In this document: piece by piece, positions 16,512 to 24,448 of the stretch
How positions within the stretch are numbered: the stretch's first letter is position 1
How the letters are laid out: each line of letters begins with the position of its first letter
Assembly (NCBI GenBank): GCA_041659045.1
Contig: JBAZZB010000004.1
Span: forward strand, 28,129 to 92,128
Reading direction: 5' to 3'
Length of the DNA stretch: 64,000 nucleotides
Source of the DNA: Patescibacteria group bacterium
Lineage (GTDB): Bacteria > Patescibacteriota > Patescibacteriia > SG8-24 > DYFX01
Made by a program: the position numbers and the translations under genes
Notes under the pieces: generated by a model
What the model was told of the DNA's origin: nothing
What the model saw: only the letters and a program-made list of their open reading frames with translations
The model's database searches: none

Positions 16512-19160
16512 ATGCAGAAGCCGGAATTGGAAAAAGCCTACGACGCCTCCAAAGTGGAGGATGCGATCTATCGCCGCTGGGAAGCGAGCGGCTTTTTCAA
16601 TCCCGACAAACTGCCGGGTGGCAAGAAGAAGAAACCGTTCACGATCGTTCTGCCACCGCCGAACGCCACGGGCGTTCTCCATGTTGGTCACGCCACGATG
16701 CTCGCGCTGGAAGATTTGATGATTCGTTACAAGCGCATGCGCGGCTTCGCTTCGCTTTGGATTCCCGGCACCGATCACGCTTCGATCGCCACCCAGAACA
16801 AAGTCGAAAAGCTGATTCAAGAGAGCGAAAAGAAATCGCGCCACGATCTCGGCCGCGCCGAATTTTTGAAGCGCGTCGAGACGTTCGTCAAAGGTTCTCA
16901 AAACACGATTCGCAATCAAATCCGCAAAATGGGCTCGTCGATCGATTGGTCGCGCGAAGCCTACACGCTCGACAAGCCCCGCTCCGAAGCGGTGATCGAA
17001 ATGTTCAACCGCATGTACGAAGATGGTCTCGTGTACCGCGGCGAGCGCGTCGTGAACTGGTGCGTACGTTGCACCTCAACACTCGCGGACGACGAAGTTG
17101 AATACAAGGCGCAAAAAGCCAAGCTCTACTTCCTGAAGTACGGCCCATTTAGTGTCGCGACCACGCGCCCAGAAACGAAACTCGGCGACACCGCCGTGGC
17201 CGCCAACCCTTCCGACGAACGCTACAAGAGCTGGATCGGAAAAACGTTTGAACTCAACTGGGGTGAGGGTACCAAGCCGCTCACGATCCGCGTTATTGGC
17301 GATCACGAAGTCGACATGAAGTTTGGTTCAGGCCTCATCGGCGTCACGCCCGCCCACTCCGCGGTCGACTTCCGTATGGCCGAGAAGAACAAGCTCCCGA
17401 TCATCAAAGTGATCGGTGAAGATGGTCGCATGCTTGCGTCGGCAGGAAAGTACAAGGACATGACCGTTCTCGAAGCGCGTCATGCCTTCGTGAAAGACCT
17501 CGAAGCTCAAGGCTTGATCGAGAAGATCGAAGAGATCGATAACAATCTTTCGGCGTGCTACCGCTGCTCGACCGCCATCGAACCGCTCACCTCGCTCCAA
17601 TGGTTCGTCGACGTGAACAAAAAGATCAAAGGCCGCGGCAAGTCGCTCAAGGAGCTGTCGCTCGACGCCGTCAAAAAGAGCGGGGTCAAGATCATTCCCG
17701 ATCGTTTTGAGAAGGTCTACTACCATTGGATGGAGAACCTTCGCGATTGGTGCGTCTCTCGCCAGATTTGGTTCGGCCACCGCATTCCGGCCTGGCACTG
17801 CGAGAACGGCCACGTAAGCGTCGCGCGCAAAATGCCGACGAAGTGCACTGCGAAAGGTTGTGCTTCGAAAAAACTCCGCCAGGACGAAGACACGTTCGAT
17901 ACGTGGTTCTCTTCCGGCACCTGGACGTTCTCGACGCTCGGTTGGCCCAAGAAGACGCCGGACCTGAAACGCTTCCATCCGACAGATGTGTTGGAGACGG
18001 GTTACGACATCCTGTTCTTCTGGGTCGCCCGCATGATTTTGATGACGGAGTATGCCATGAAGCAGGTGCCGTTCAAAACCGTCTACCTGCATGGCCTCGT
18101 CCGCGACGAGCAGGGAAGGAAGATGTCGAAGTCGCTTGGCAACGTGCTCGACCCGCTCGACGTCATTCCGAAATACGGCACCGACGCCGTCCGTTTGTCG
18201 CTGGTCCTCGGCACGGCGCCTGGCGCCGATGCCAAGGTTTGGGAAGACAAGATCGCCGGCTATCGCAACTTCACCAACAAGCTCTGGAACATCTCGCGCT
18301 TCGTACTGACGAGCGTTTCAAAAGTTTCGCGCGTCTCGAAGAAGCCAACAGCCAAGACGCTCTCGGATAAATGGATTCTCGCACGTCTTGATTCCGTGGC
18401 TGCGCAGGCGACGTCCTCGATTGAGAAATTTGATTTCTCACCGGCGGGCGAATTGCTGCGCGACTTCACCTGGACGGAATTCGCTGACTGGTATTTGGAG
18501 ATCGCCAAGATCCAGATGCAAGACGCGAAACTTAAGGCGTCCACGGAAAAGATCTTGCTCTACGCGCTTGAGACTATTCTGAAACTTTGGCATCCCTACA
18601 TGCCGTTCGTTACCGAAGCAATCTGGGACATTCTTTCGGGCAACGCCAAAGGCAAGAAATTCCTCATGATCGAAGCGTGGCCGAAAGCGAAAGCCGTTGC
18701 AGCTCCGAAAGAATTCGCCTTGCTTCAAGAAATCATCGGCGCGATCCGCAACGTGCGCAGCGAATACAAAGTTGAACCCGCCAAAAAAGTTGACGCGACG
18801 ATCGTGGCCGGAGCGAAAGCAAAACTTTTGAAGGAAAACGCCGCCGTGATCGCTACACTTGCCCGCATCGAAACGCTGACGATTCTCCCGAAAGGGGAGA
18901 AACCAAAAGACGCGGCTTCAACAATGGCTGGCGGCGTCGAAATCCACCTTCCGCTTGCCGGCATGGTGGATATGGCCAAGGAGAAAGCTCGACTCGAAAA
19001 GGAGAAGGAGAATCTCACGGGCTTCGTGAAGAACCTGGAAGCCAAACTCTCGAACCCCGGTTACACCGACAACGCGCCGAAAGAGGTGGTCGAGAAAACA
19101 CGTCAGATGCTCGCCGAGAAGAAAGAAGAATTGAAGAAAATTGAAACCGCCCTGGGTTGA
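16512..19160 (+). CDS. valS: valine--tRNA ligase
   Basis: HIGH-type PNATGVLHVGHA, KMSKS, and a C-terminal coiled-coil tail typical of ValRS. The start is taken at ATG 16512 (MQKPELEKAYD). Confidence 0.9.
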   Translation: MQKPELEKAYDASKVEDAIYRRWEASGFFNPDKLPGGKKKKPFTIVLPPPNATGVLHVGHATMLALEDLMIRYKRMRGFASLWIPGTDHASIATQNKVEKLIQESEKKSRHDLGRAEFLKRVETFVKGSQNTIRNQIRKMGSSIDWSREAYTLDKPRSEAVIEMFNRMYEDGLVYRGERVVNWCVRCTSTLADDEVEYKAQKAKLYFLKYGPFSVATTRPETKLGDTAVAANPSDERYKSWIGKTFELNWGEGTKPLTIRVIGDHEVDMKFGSGLIGVTPAHSAVDFRMAEKNKLPIIKVIGEDGRMLASAGKYKDMTVLEARHAFVKDLEAQGLIEKIEEIDNNLSACYRCSTAIEPLTSLQWFVDVNKKIKGRGKSLKELSLDAVKKSGVKIIPDRFEKVYYHWMENLRDWCVSRQIWFGHRIPAWHCENGHVSVARKMPTKCTAKGCASKKLRQDEDTFDTWFSSGTWTFSTLGWPKKTPDLKRFHPTDVLETGYDILFFWVARMILMTEYAMKQVPFKTVYLHGLVRDEQGRKMSKSLGNVLDPLDVIPKYGTDAVRLSLVLGTAPGADAKVWEDKIAGYRNFTNKLWNISRFVLTSVSKVSRVSKKPTAKTLSDKWILARLDSVAAQATSSIEKFDFSPAGELLRDFTWTEFADWYLEIAKIQMQDAKLKASTEKILLYALETILKLWHPYMPFVTEAIWDILSGNAKGKKFLMIEAWPKAKAVAAPKEFALLQEIIGAIRNVRSEYKVEPAKKVDATIVAGAKAKLLKENAAVIATLARIETLTILPKGEKPKDAASTMAGGVEIHLPLAGMVDMAKEKARLEKEKENLTGFVKNLEAKLSNPGYTDNAPKEVVEKTRQMLAEKKEELKKIETALG

Positions 19161-19195
19161 CACCAGGCGGTTTTTTTGTGTAGCGTTCCATTCAG
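19146..19195 (+). repeat. repeated hairpin element, copy 1 (ccgccctggGTTGACAccaggcgg + T7 + gtgTAGCGTtcc): terminator with embedded -35-like box
   Basis: GC stem CCGCC/GGCGG with TTGACA in the loop, a T-run, then TAGCGT 17-18 nt after TTGACA. This family recurs after each of the next genes. Confidence 0.6.
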
Positions 19196-19204
19196 GAGGT
19201 TCCA

Positions 19205-19765
19205 ATGCTGCTCTTTCTCATCGTGCTTGGGCTCGTTGCCATAGTCGTGCTCGTGGTCACGCTGCTCCGCCTCGGAGCTCGGAAGCGTACGTTCGAGCAC
19301 GCCGAGGAAACAAAGAAGAAGTTGAACGAACTGCTTCGTGCCGTCATGCAGTGGCAGGGCAGTGAATACGACTTCGTGCCGTACGACAGCGACCGTAAGT
19401 TCGACGATCGGAATCGTGGGTATCGTTCGCTCACACTGCGTCCCGACGACAAGGTGGCCTGGGACATCACGACCGATCCGCAGATGAAGTGCCGCGTGAA
19501 GCTTCGGTGGAAGGACGCGCAGGGTGAAGACAGAGAGTTCTGCTACCCGAGTGCCATGGGCTTTTCCGAGGAGCAGTGGCTGAAGACGATGGTCGACATC
19601 GTGCTCTGGTACGTACACGAGATGCCGCCGCCGCGCACGCATGAAGAGTGGATGGCCAAGCGCCGCCAGGAGACCGCGGCAACAATCGCTCGCGCCGAGG
19701 CTCGCAGCGTCGCAGAAGGCGACAGCTTCTCCTCGCTCGAAGATCCTTTGGATGACATGGACTAA
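19205..19765 (+). CDS. small bitopic hypothetical protein A (N-terminal TM + charged soluble domain)
   Basis: 186 aa, RBS aggagg, hydrophobic N-terminus LLFLIVLGLVAIVVLVVTLL. Confidence 0.6.
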   Translation: MLLFLIVLGLVAIVVLVVTLLRLGARKRTFEHAEETKKKLNELLRAVMQWQGSEYDFVPYDSDRKFDDRNRGYRSLTLRPDDKVAWDITTDPQMKCRVKLRWKDAQGEDREFCYPSAMGFSEEQWLKTMVDIVLWYVHEMPPPRTHEEWMAKRRQETAATIARAEARSVAEGDSFSSLEDPLDDMD

Positions 19766-19806
19766 CCGCCGGGATTGACCCTAGGCGGTTTTTTTGTTAT
19801 CGTCCC
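19766..19806 (+). repeat. repeated hairpin element, copy 2 (ccgccgggaTTGACCctaggcgg + T7 + gtTATCGTcc)
   Basis: Same architecture and near-identical flanks as copy 1. Confidence 0.6.
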
Positions 19807-19830
19807 CGCACGTTCATTGTGGAGGAGCTC

Positions 19831-20433
19831 ATGTCAAAATCGCGATTCGTGTGGCCGTCCTGGTTTTCTTCAGCGCTTTCCTGCGCGACGCTGCTCTGGT
19901 TGACCTACTTCTTCTGGCCCGCTTGGTACATCCCGGCAGCGGGCGCCGGACTCGCAATCGTCGTGGGCCTTGTCATGGATTGGCGCCGAGGTCAGAGGGC
20001 GAAGCAAGAAGGTTGGAAGCTGCTCGAGCCGATGTTCGATGAGTTGATCCGCGCCGTTGAATTCCGCACGCGGCCGCTCGATGCGATCGTTCTCTACAAC
20101 GCGCGTCGGCGGAACGGCAATCTTCTCACGCACCAGCTCCAAGTGCAGATCGAATCACGCATCTACGCGCTCCGGACGATGATGGAGGTTGAAGGGCGAC
20201 ACGCCGGGCACATCAATGTCCGTTTCACCGTGCAAGGCCCCGGCGATTTCAAAGCGCAGGCGTACTATCCAGACGTCTATCGCGCCGCACGGCCCTTGCC
20301 GCGCCTCGCCGAACAGCTGGAGAAACTTCAATCGCTCATTGGAAATGCCAGCGCGTACGAGAAACGTCGCAAACGCCTCAGCGCGCTCGGCATCGACATC
20401 CCCCTTCGCACCGACACGCCGCTCGATATTTGA
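19831..20433 (+). CDS. small bitopic hypothetical protein B
   Basis: Roughly 200 aa, RBS ggaggag with 4-nt spacer, Trp-rich TM region. Confidence 0.6.
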   Translation: MSKSRFVWPSWFSSALSCATLLWLTYFFWPAWYIPAAGAGLAIVVGLVMDWRRGQRAKQEGWKLLEPMFDELIRAVEFRTRPLDAIVLYNARRRNGNLLTHQLQVQIESRIYALRTMMEVEGRHAGHINVRFTVQGPGDFKAQAYYPDVYRAARPLPRLAEQLEKLQSLIGNASAYEKRRKRLSALGIDIPLRTDTPLDI

Positions 20434-20460
20434 CCTCGGGCGGTTTTTTCTTTAGGTTGA
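20418..20460 (+). repeat. repeated hairpin element, copy 3 (ccgctcgatatTTGACCtcgggcgg + T6 + ctttaggtt)
   Basis: More divergent family member. Confidence 0.45.
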
Positions 20461-20487
20461 ACCCACGTATCGAACAAAGGAGCCATC

Positions 20488-21003
20488 ATGCCGCCCGTGG
20501 TCCAATTGCTCATCGGCTTAGCCGTCCTTGCCGCCCTTTTCTTCCTCGGTCGTCGTCTCAGGCTGCATCTCGCCGAACGAGAATTCCGCGCGCCGCTTGG
20601 CACGAATCTCGATTGGCTGATCGGGCAGTTGAGATGTTACGACACGGTGCCGCTCCAGGATCTGTACATCACGCACGCGGGTGCGCATCCCGGCGTCGAC
20701 GATCCGAACGACGTTTCTACGCACTACGAAGTGTATCCTCGTGGAAACCACCGCTTCTCCTTTTCGCGCATCGGTCATGGTGAGAAGGTTTGGTATCGCG
20801 TCGATCGCTGGTGCAAGAATCCACTGGACGCCTCGAACTTTCCGCCGTGGGGTGTTGGCGCATGCCGCAGCTCCTGGTTCGTGGAACGAATGAAAACCCT
20901 CTGTGACCTGCTCGATCGCTATCCACGTGAGAGGACGCTCTCCTCGCGCGCTCAATGCGTCATGGACGGCAAACCTGATCCGTTTCCTCACACTCCGGCT
21001 TGA
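20488..21003 (+). CDS. small bitopic hypothetical protein C
   Basis: 171 aa, RBS aaaggag, N-terminal TM. Confidence 0.6.
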   Translation: MPPVVQLLIGLAVLAALFFLGRRLRLHLAEREFRAPLGTNLDWLIGQLRCYDTVPLQDLYITHAGAHPGVDDPNDVSTHYEVYPRGNHRFSFSRIGHGEKVWYRVDRWCKNPLDASNFPPWGVGACRSSWFVERMKTLCDLLDRYPRERTLSSRAQCVMDGKPDPFPHTPA

Positions 21004-21031
21004 CCTAAGCCGGTTTTTTTGTTAGCGTCCG
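20994..21031 (+). repeat. repeated hairpin element, copy 4 (ccggcTTGACCtaagccgg + T7 + gtTAGCGTcc)
   Basis: Perfect 7-bp stem with TTGACC spanning the loop. The tail is identical to copy 1. Confidence 0.6.
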
Positions 21032-21057
21032 AGCGACCACGTACGAAAGGATCGCGC

Positions 21058-21633
21058 ATGCGTTTCATCACGGCACTGCTCATTTTCCTCGGTGTCATCG
21101 GTCTGCCGATCATGCTTCTCTGGCAGCACCAGCGGCATGTGCACCGTGCGCATGAAGCGGCGGTCAAAGCGCTCCTGTCGCGCTATATCGATGGAATCAT
21201 CCGTCTGACGGTCGTCGGTCCGCCGGCCTTTCACGAGATTACGATGATCGAGAATACACTCGGCGGTAAGATCATACGTCGCCTGTATCGCATCTTCCTG
21301 AGGCCAGCTCTCGGTTTCACGATCGAGGCATGCTGGGAGAAGAATCGTTGGGAGTACTCGGCGCGTTTTTTCGACCCGCTCGAAGAACGCTATCAGGAAT
21401 TTCCGATCGTTCGGAACTACAGGTTTCACACGCCCTGGTTCGAAGCCAAGGCCGAGACGCTGATGCAAGTTCTTGAGGCCTACATGCGTCATCCGCTCGT
21501 GAAGTCGCGCGAAGGCGGGGCCTTTAGCAGCGACTTCGATCGCGTCGCAGCTCTTTTCAACGTCACAAAGTGGAATACCATCGACTACGAGGCTTTCTTC
21601 CAGTCCGCGCGAGACCTCCGACCGGCTGCTTGA
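21058..21633 (+). CDS. small bitopic hypothetical protein D
   Basis: 191 aa from ATG 21058, RBS aaagga, N-terminal TM. Confidence 0.6.
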   Translation: MRFITALLIFLGVIGLPIMLLWQHQRHVHRAHEAAVKALLSRYIDGIIRLTVVGPPAFHEITMIENTLGGKIIRRLYRIFLRPALGFTIEACWEKNRWEYSARFFDPLEERYQEFPIVRNYRFHTPWFEAKAETLMQVLEAYMRHPLVKSREGGAFSSDFDRVAALFNVTKWNTIDYEAFFQSARDLRPAA

Positions 21634-21660
21634 CGCAAGCCGGTTTTTTTGTTCAGATAA
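21621..21660 (+). repeat. repeated hairpin element, copy 5 (ccggctgcTTGACGcaagccgg + T7 + gttcagat)
   Basis: Same stem sequence as copy 4. Confidence 0.55.
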
Positions 21661-21673
21661 AAAAGGAAGGAGC

Positions 21674-22207
21674 GTGCGCCCCATGACGTTTTTCCACTGG
21701 TTCAAATGGTTGGTCATCGTCGTTTTCTTCGTTGCGTTCTTCATCGTGAGCGTGATTCTGTTGAGCCGTCGCCTCGAGAAAAAACGATTGGCGAAGGTCT
21801 CGACACCACCGGGGCAGGATCGGTTGCTCTACGACCGCCTCGCCGCAGAGATGTTGGCTTACGCGTCCGAGAGTGGCGTGGTCTATCACCAAGAGATCGA
21901 GTCTCGTTTTGGCGAGCACGCTTTCGTACGTACGACCTCCGATCGGTTTGGCAAGAAGCGCTACGTTGAGCGCCAACGCTGGTACAACGGACGAATTCAA
22001 TACACGATCTGTCGATACGACAACAGCTCGAGCACGCCGTCGGACTCCGCGATCTGCGAGCAAGCGGTGTCTTCGTCCGCTAGGGACGTGTACTACGACA
22101 GCATTCGCGATATTCGCGAACACGGCTCAAAGATCTCGTTTCGGGACGGTGATGGGCTGAACTGCCAGTTGCGCGTTCCGCCGAAGCCTGTCGAATCTCG
22201 CGTCTAA
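21674..22207 (+). CDS. small bitopic hypothetical protein E
   Basis: 177 aa, RBS aaggaagga, GTG 21674 or ATG 21683, N-terminal TM. Confidence 0.6.
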   Translation: MRPMTFFHWFKWLVIVVFFVAFFIVSVILLSRRLEKKRLAKVSTPPGQDRLLYDRLAAEMLAYASESGVVYHQEIESRFGEHAFVRTTSDRFGKKRYVERQRWYNGRIQYTICRYDNSSSTPSDSAICEQAVSSSARDVYYDSIRDIREHGSKISFRDGDGLNCQLRVPPKPVESRV

Positions 22208-22245
22208 CTCCTCCATGCTTCGCGCTGGAGGTTTTTTATTGACGC
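22208..22245 (+). terminator. terminator hairpin (cctccatgcttcgcgctggagg + T6) followed by TTGACG
   Basis: Different stem sequence but the same layout: hairpin, T-run, TTGAC(G). Confidence 0.5.
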
Positions 22246-22293
22246 GTCGCCCCGGCTCGTGAGAGGTTGGATGCAACCTGACGGGAGGTTCGT

Positions 22294-22677
22294 ATGCGTG
22301 TCCTGACCTGGTTGCTCGGTAGCCTCGTCGCTGCCGCGACGGCGGCCTATGTCGCGAAACAGCACACAAAGAAAAGCACCGTCGATCAGTTCTTGGGTGC
22401 TATCGAGGCCAAACGTGTCGCGGTGCATGCCGAGTGGGATAGCATTCCCGCTCGCAACATTCGCGAGCAGTGGTTCGAAGGCATTGCTGATGGCGAGCCG
22501 TTCCGTTTCAGTGCCCGCACCGACAAGTCCAGCACCGAATGGGGCTTCGCCCTCGACTGGAAGGGGGAGACGACGTTCGAACGTTGGAACATCTTAAAGC
22601 AAGGTCGTACGCGCACCCTCGCTGCCATTCATCTCGCCCTCAAGCGCCTGCCCGTCCAAGATCGGCAGGAGCACTGA
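22294..22677 (+). CDS. small bitopic hypothetical protein F
   Basis: 127 aa, RBS gggagg, N-terminal TM. Confidence 0.6.
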   Translation: MRVLTWLLGSLVAAATAAYVAKQHTKKSTVDQFLGAIEAKRVAVHAEWDSIPARNIREQWFEGIADGEPFRFSARTDKSSTEWGFALDWKGETTFERWNILKQGRTRTLAAIHLALKRLPVQDRQEH

Positions 22678-22679
22678 CA

Positions 22680-22720
22680 ACCCATGATGGGTTGCTTTTT
22701 TTGTCTTGACATGCGCGCTT
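22680..22720 (+). terminator. terminator hairpin (caacccatgatgggttg + T7) followed by TTGACA
   Basis: Perfect palindrome around ATGAT, a T-run, then ttgaca. Confidence 0.55.
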
Positions 22721-22779
22721 TTTTCTGCAAATGTGCTTGCGCGCCTTTCCACCGCTACCCTCCACAAGGAGCCGCTCTG

Positions 22780-23199
22780 ATGCCACAGATCTTCCTCGGC
22801 ATTTTCCTGATCCTGCTTATCGTCGTGCCCGTGTTCGTTTACGACCGCCGTCGCGCTGTCGAGGATGGGCGACGTCATCTGCTCGACATGCTCCGTCGCA
22901 CACCCGATGACAGTCTGCACCTTGTTCGCTTCGGGAAGTTCAGGGCCAACGACCGCATCAGTATGGTGCTCCTCGGCTTCTTCAAGAAGTCGTTCCATCA
23001 CTACCATCTGCGTATCGAGACGACTGGCGTGAAGAAGCGTTATCGTCTCCAACACTCGCTTGATTGGCCTGGTCCGGGATGGCTGACGAAAGAGCATCAA
23101 GGACAGATTGGCGACGAGGTCTGGACGGCCACGCTCGCGCTCATCTCCGCCGCGACCGATCTCCACAACCTCGTACGTGACGAACAGGCCGCTGCCTGA
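22780..23199 (+). CDS. small bitopic hypothetical protein G
   Basis: 139 aa from ATG 22780, RBS aaggag, N-terminal TM. Confidence 0.55.
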   Translation: MPQIFLGIFLILLIVVPVFVYDRRRAVEDGRRHLLDMLRRTPDDSLHLVRFGKFRANDRISMVLLGFFKKSFHHYHLRIETTGVKKRYRLQHSLDWPGPGWLTKEHQGQIGDEVWTATLALISAATDLHNLVRDEQAAA

Positions 23200-23211
23200 A
23201 TCGTCTCACGG

Positions 23212-23238
23212 ACAGCCCTTCGGGGTTGTTTTTTTATG
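23212..23238 (+). terminator. terminator hairpin (cagcccttcggggttg + T7)
   Basis: GC stem, ttcg loop, T-run, just before tyrS. Confidence 0.6.
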
Positions 23239-23262
23239 CCTTAAACGCTAAAGTCTCTCCAT

Positions 23263-24447
23263 ATGAAAGCCCCGTCTGACGCCGCAATTGAACGACTCTT
23301 GGGACATCAAGTCGCCGACGTAATCGTTCGTGAGAGCCTTGAGAAGAAGCTCCGCTCCGGCAAGAAACTCCGCATCAAGTTCGGAGCCGACCCGTCGCGC
23401 CCGGATCTCCACCTCGGACATGCTGTCGTGCTCCGCAAACTGCGCGAGTTCCAAGACCTCGGTCACACGGTCATCTTTTTGATCGGTGACTTTACGGCAC
23501 TGATCGGCGACCCGACGGGCAAATCCAAAACGCGCCCAATGCTCTCCTCGAAGGAGATCAAGGAAAACGCGAAAACCTACATGAAGCAGGTGGGCAAGGT
23601 TTTGAATGTGAAGAAAGGCGAGCTTCGCTACAACTCGGAATGGCTGGGCAAGATGAAGGCCGCCGATTTTGTCTCGCTCTGCGCCCAGTTCACCCTCGCC
23701 CGCATCACTGAGCGCGACGACTTCTCAAAGCGCTTGGCTGCCAAAACAGATGTGTACATGCACGAGCTGCTCTACCCCATGCTCCAAGCCTACGATTCGA
23801 TTGCCTTGAATGCCGATGTCGAACTCGGCGCGACCGATCAAACCTTCAACCTCCTCGCTGGGCGTGCGCTCATGAGTAAGAAGGAGCTCGTTCCTCAAGA
23901 TATTCTGACGACGCCGATTTTGGTCGGCACCGACGGCAAGGAAAAGATGTCGAAGTCGCTCGGCAACTACATCGGTCTGACGGACTCCGCCGAAGACATG
24001 TTCGGAAAAACGATGTCCGTGCCGGACTCCGCGCTGCCGAACTGGCTCGAACTCGCCGTGGATTACTCGAAAGAAGAGATCGCCGCCGAGAACGCCGCGC
24101 TCAAGAAGGGGGAGAATCCGCGCGACGTGAAGATGCGTCTCGCGAAGAGGCTCGTCTCCCTCTATCACGATAAGAAAGCGGCCGACAAAGCCGAAGAAGG
24201 TTTCAAGGCACGTTTCCAAAAGGGGGAGATGCCGACGGAGATGAAAAGCTGGAAGCTGCCGAAGCCGATGAAACTGTACGAAATCGTCGCTTCCGCGTTC
24301 GCTATGTCCAACTCGCAGGCACGCCGCGATATCGAAAGCGGTGGCGTGAAGATTGATGGCGCGGCCGTAAAAAATCCGATGCAGGAAATCGCCAAAGGCG
24401 GGGTTGTCCTTCAGAAGGGCAAGCTGCATTTCGTGAAGATTGTCTGA
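23263..24447 (+). CDS. tyrS: tyrosine--tRNA ligase (class I, with C-terminal S4-like domain)
   Basis: HIGH motif DLHLGH, KMSKS, 394 aa, C-terminal S4-like ARRDIESGGVKIDG. Confidence 0.8.
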   Translation: MKAPSDAAIERLLGHQVADVIVRESLEKKLRSGKKLRIKFGADPSRPDLHLGHAVVLRKLREFQDLGHTVIFLIGDFTALIGDPTGKSKTRPMLSSKEIKENAKTYMKQVGKVLNVKKGELRYNSEWLGKMKAADFVSLCAQFTLARITERDDFSKRLAAKTDVYMHELLYPMLQAYDSIALNADVELGATDQTFNLLAGRALMSKKELVPQDILTTPILVGTDGKEKMSKSLGNYIGLTDSAEDMFGKTMSVPDSALPNWLELAVDYSKEEIAAENAALKKGENPRDVKMRLAKRLVSLYHDKKAADKAEEGFKARFQKGEMPTEMKSWKLPKPMKLYEIVASAFAMSNSQARRDIESGGVKIDGAAVKNPMQEIAKGGVVLQKGKLHFVKIV

Positions 24448-24448
24448 C

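Noticed and set aside
19141-19208. Apparent 1-nt offset between my hand-indexing of the text and the ORF-track coordinates around the valS stop and gene A start
   Set aside because: Other checkpoints (7860, 19741, 19819, 27560, 29392) agree exactly, so this is most likely my own miscount in a homopolymer run. CDS coordinates follow the ORF track. Small-element coordinates are given as +/-2 nt.
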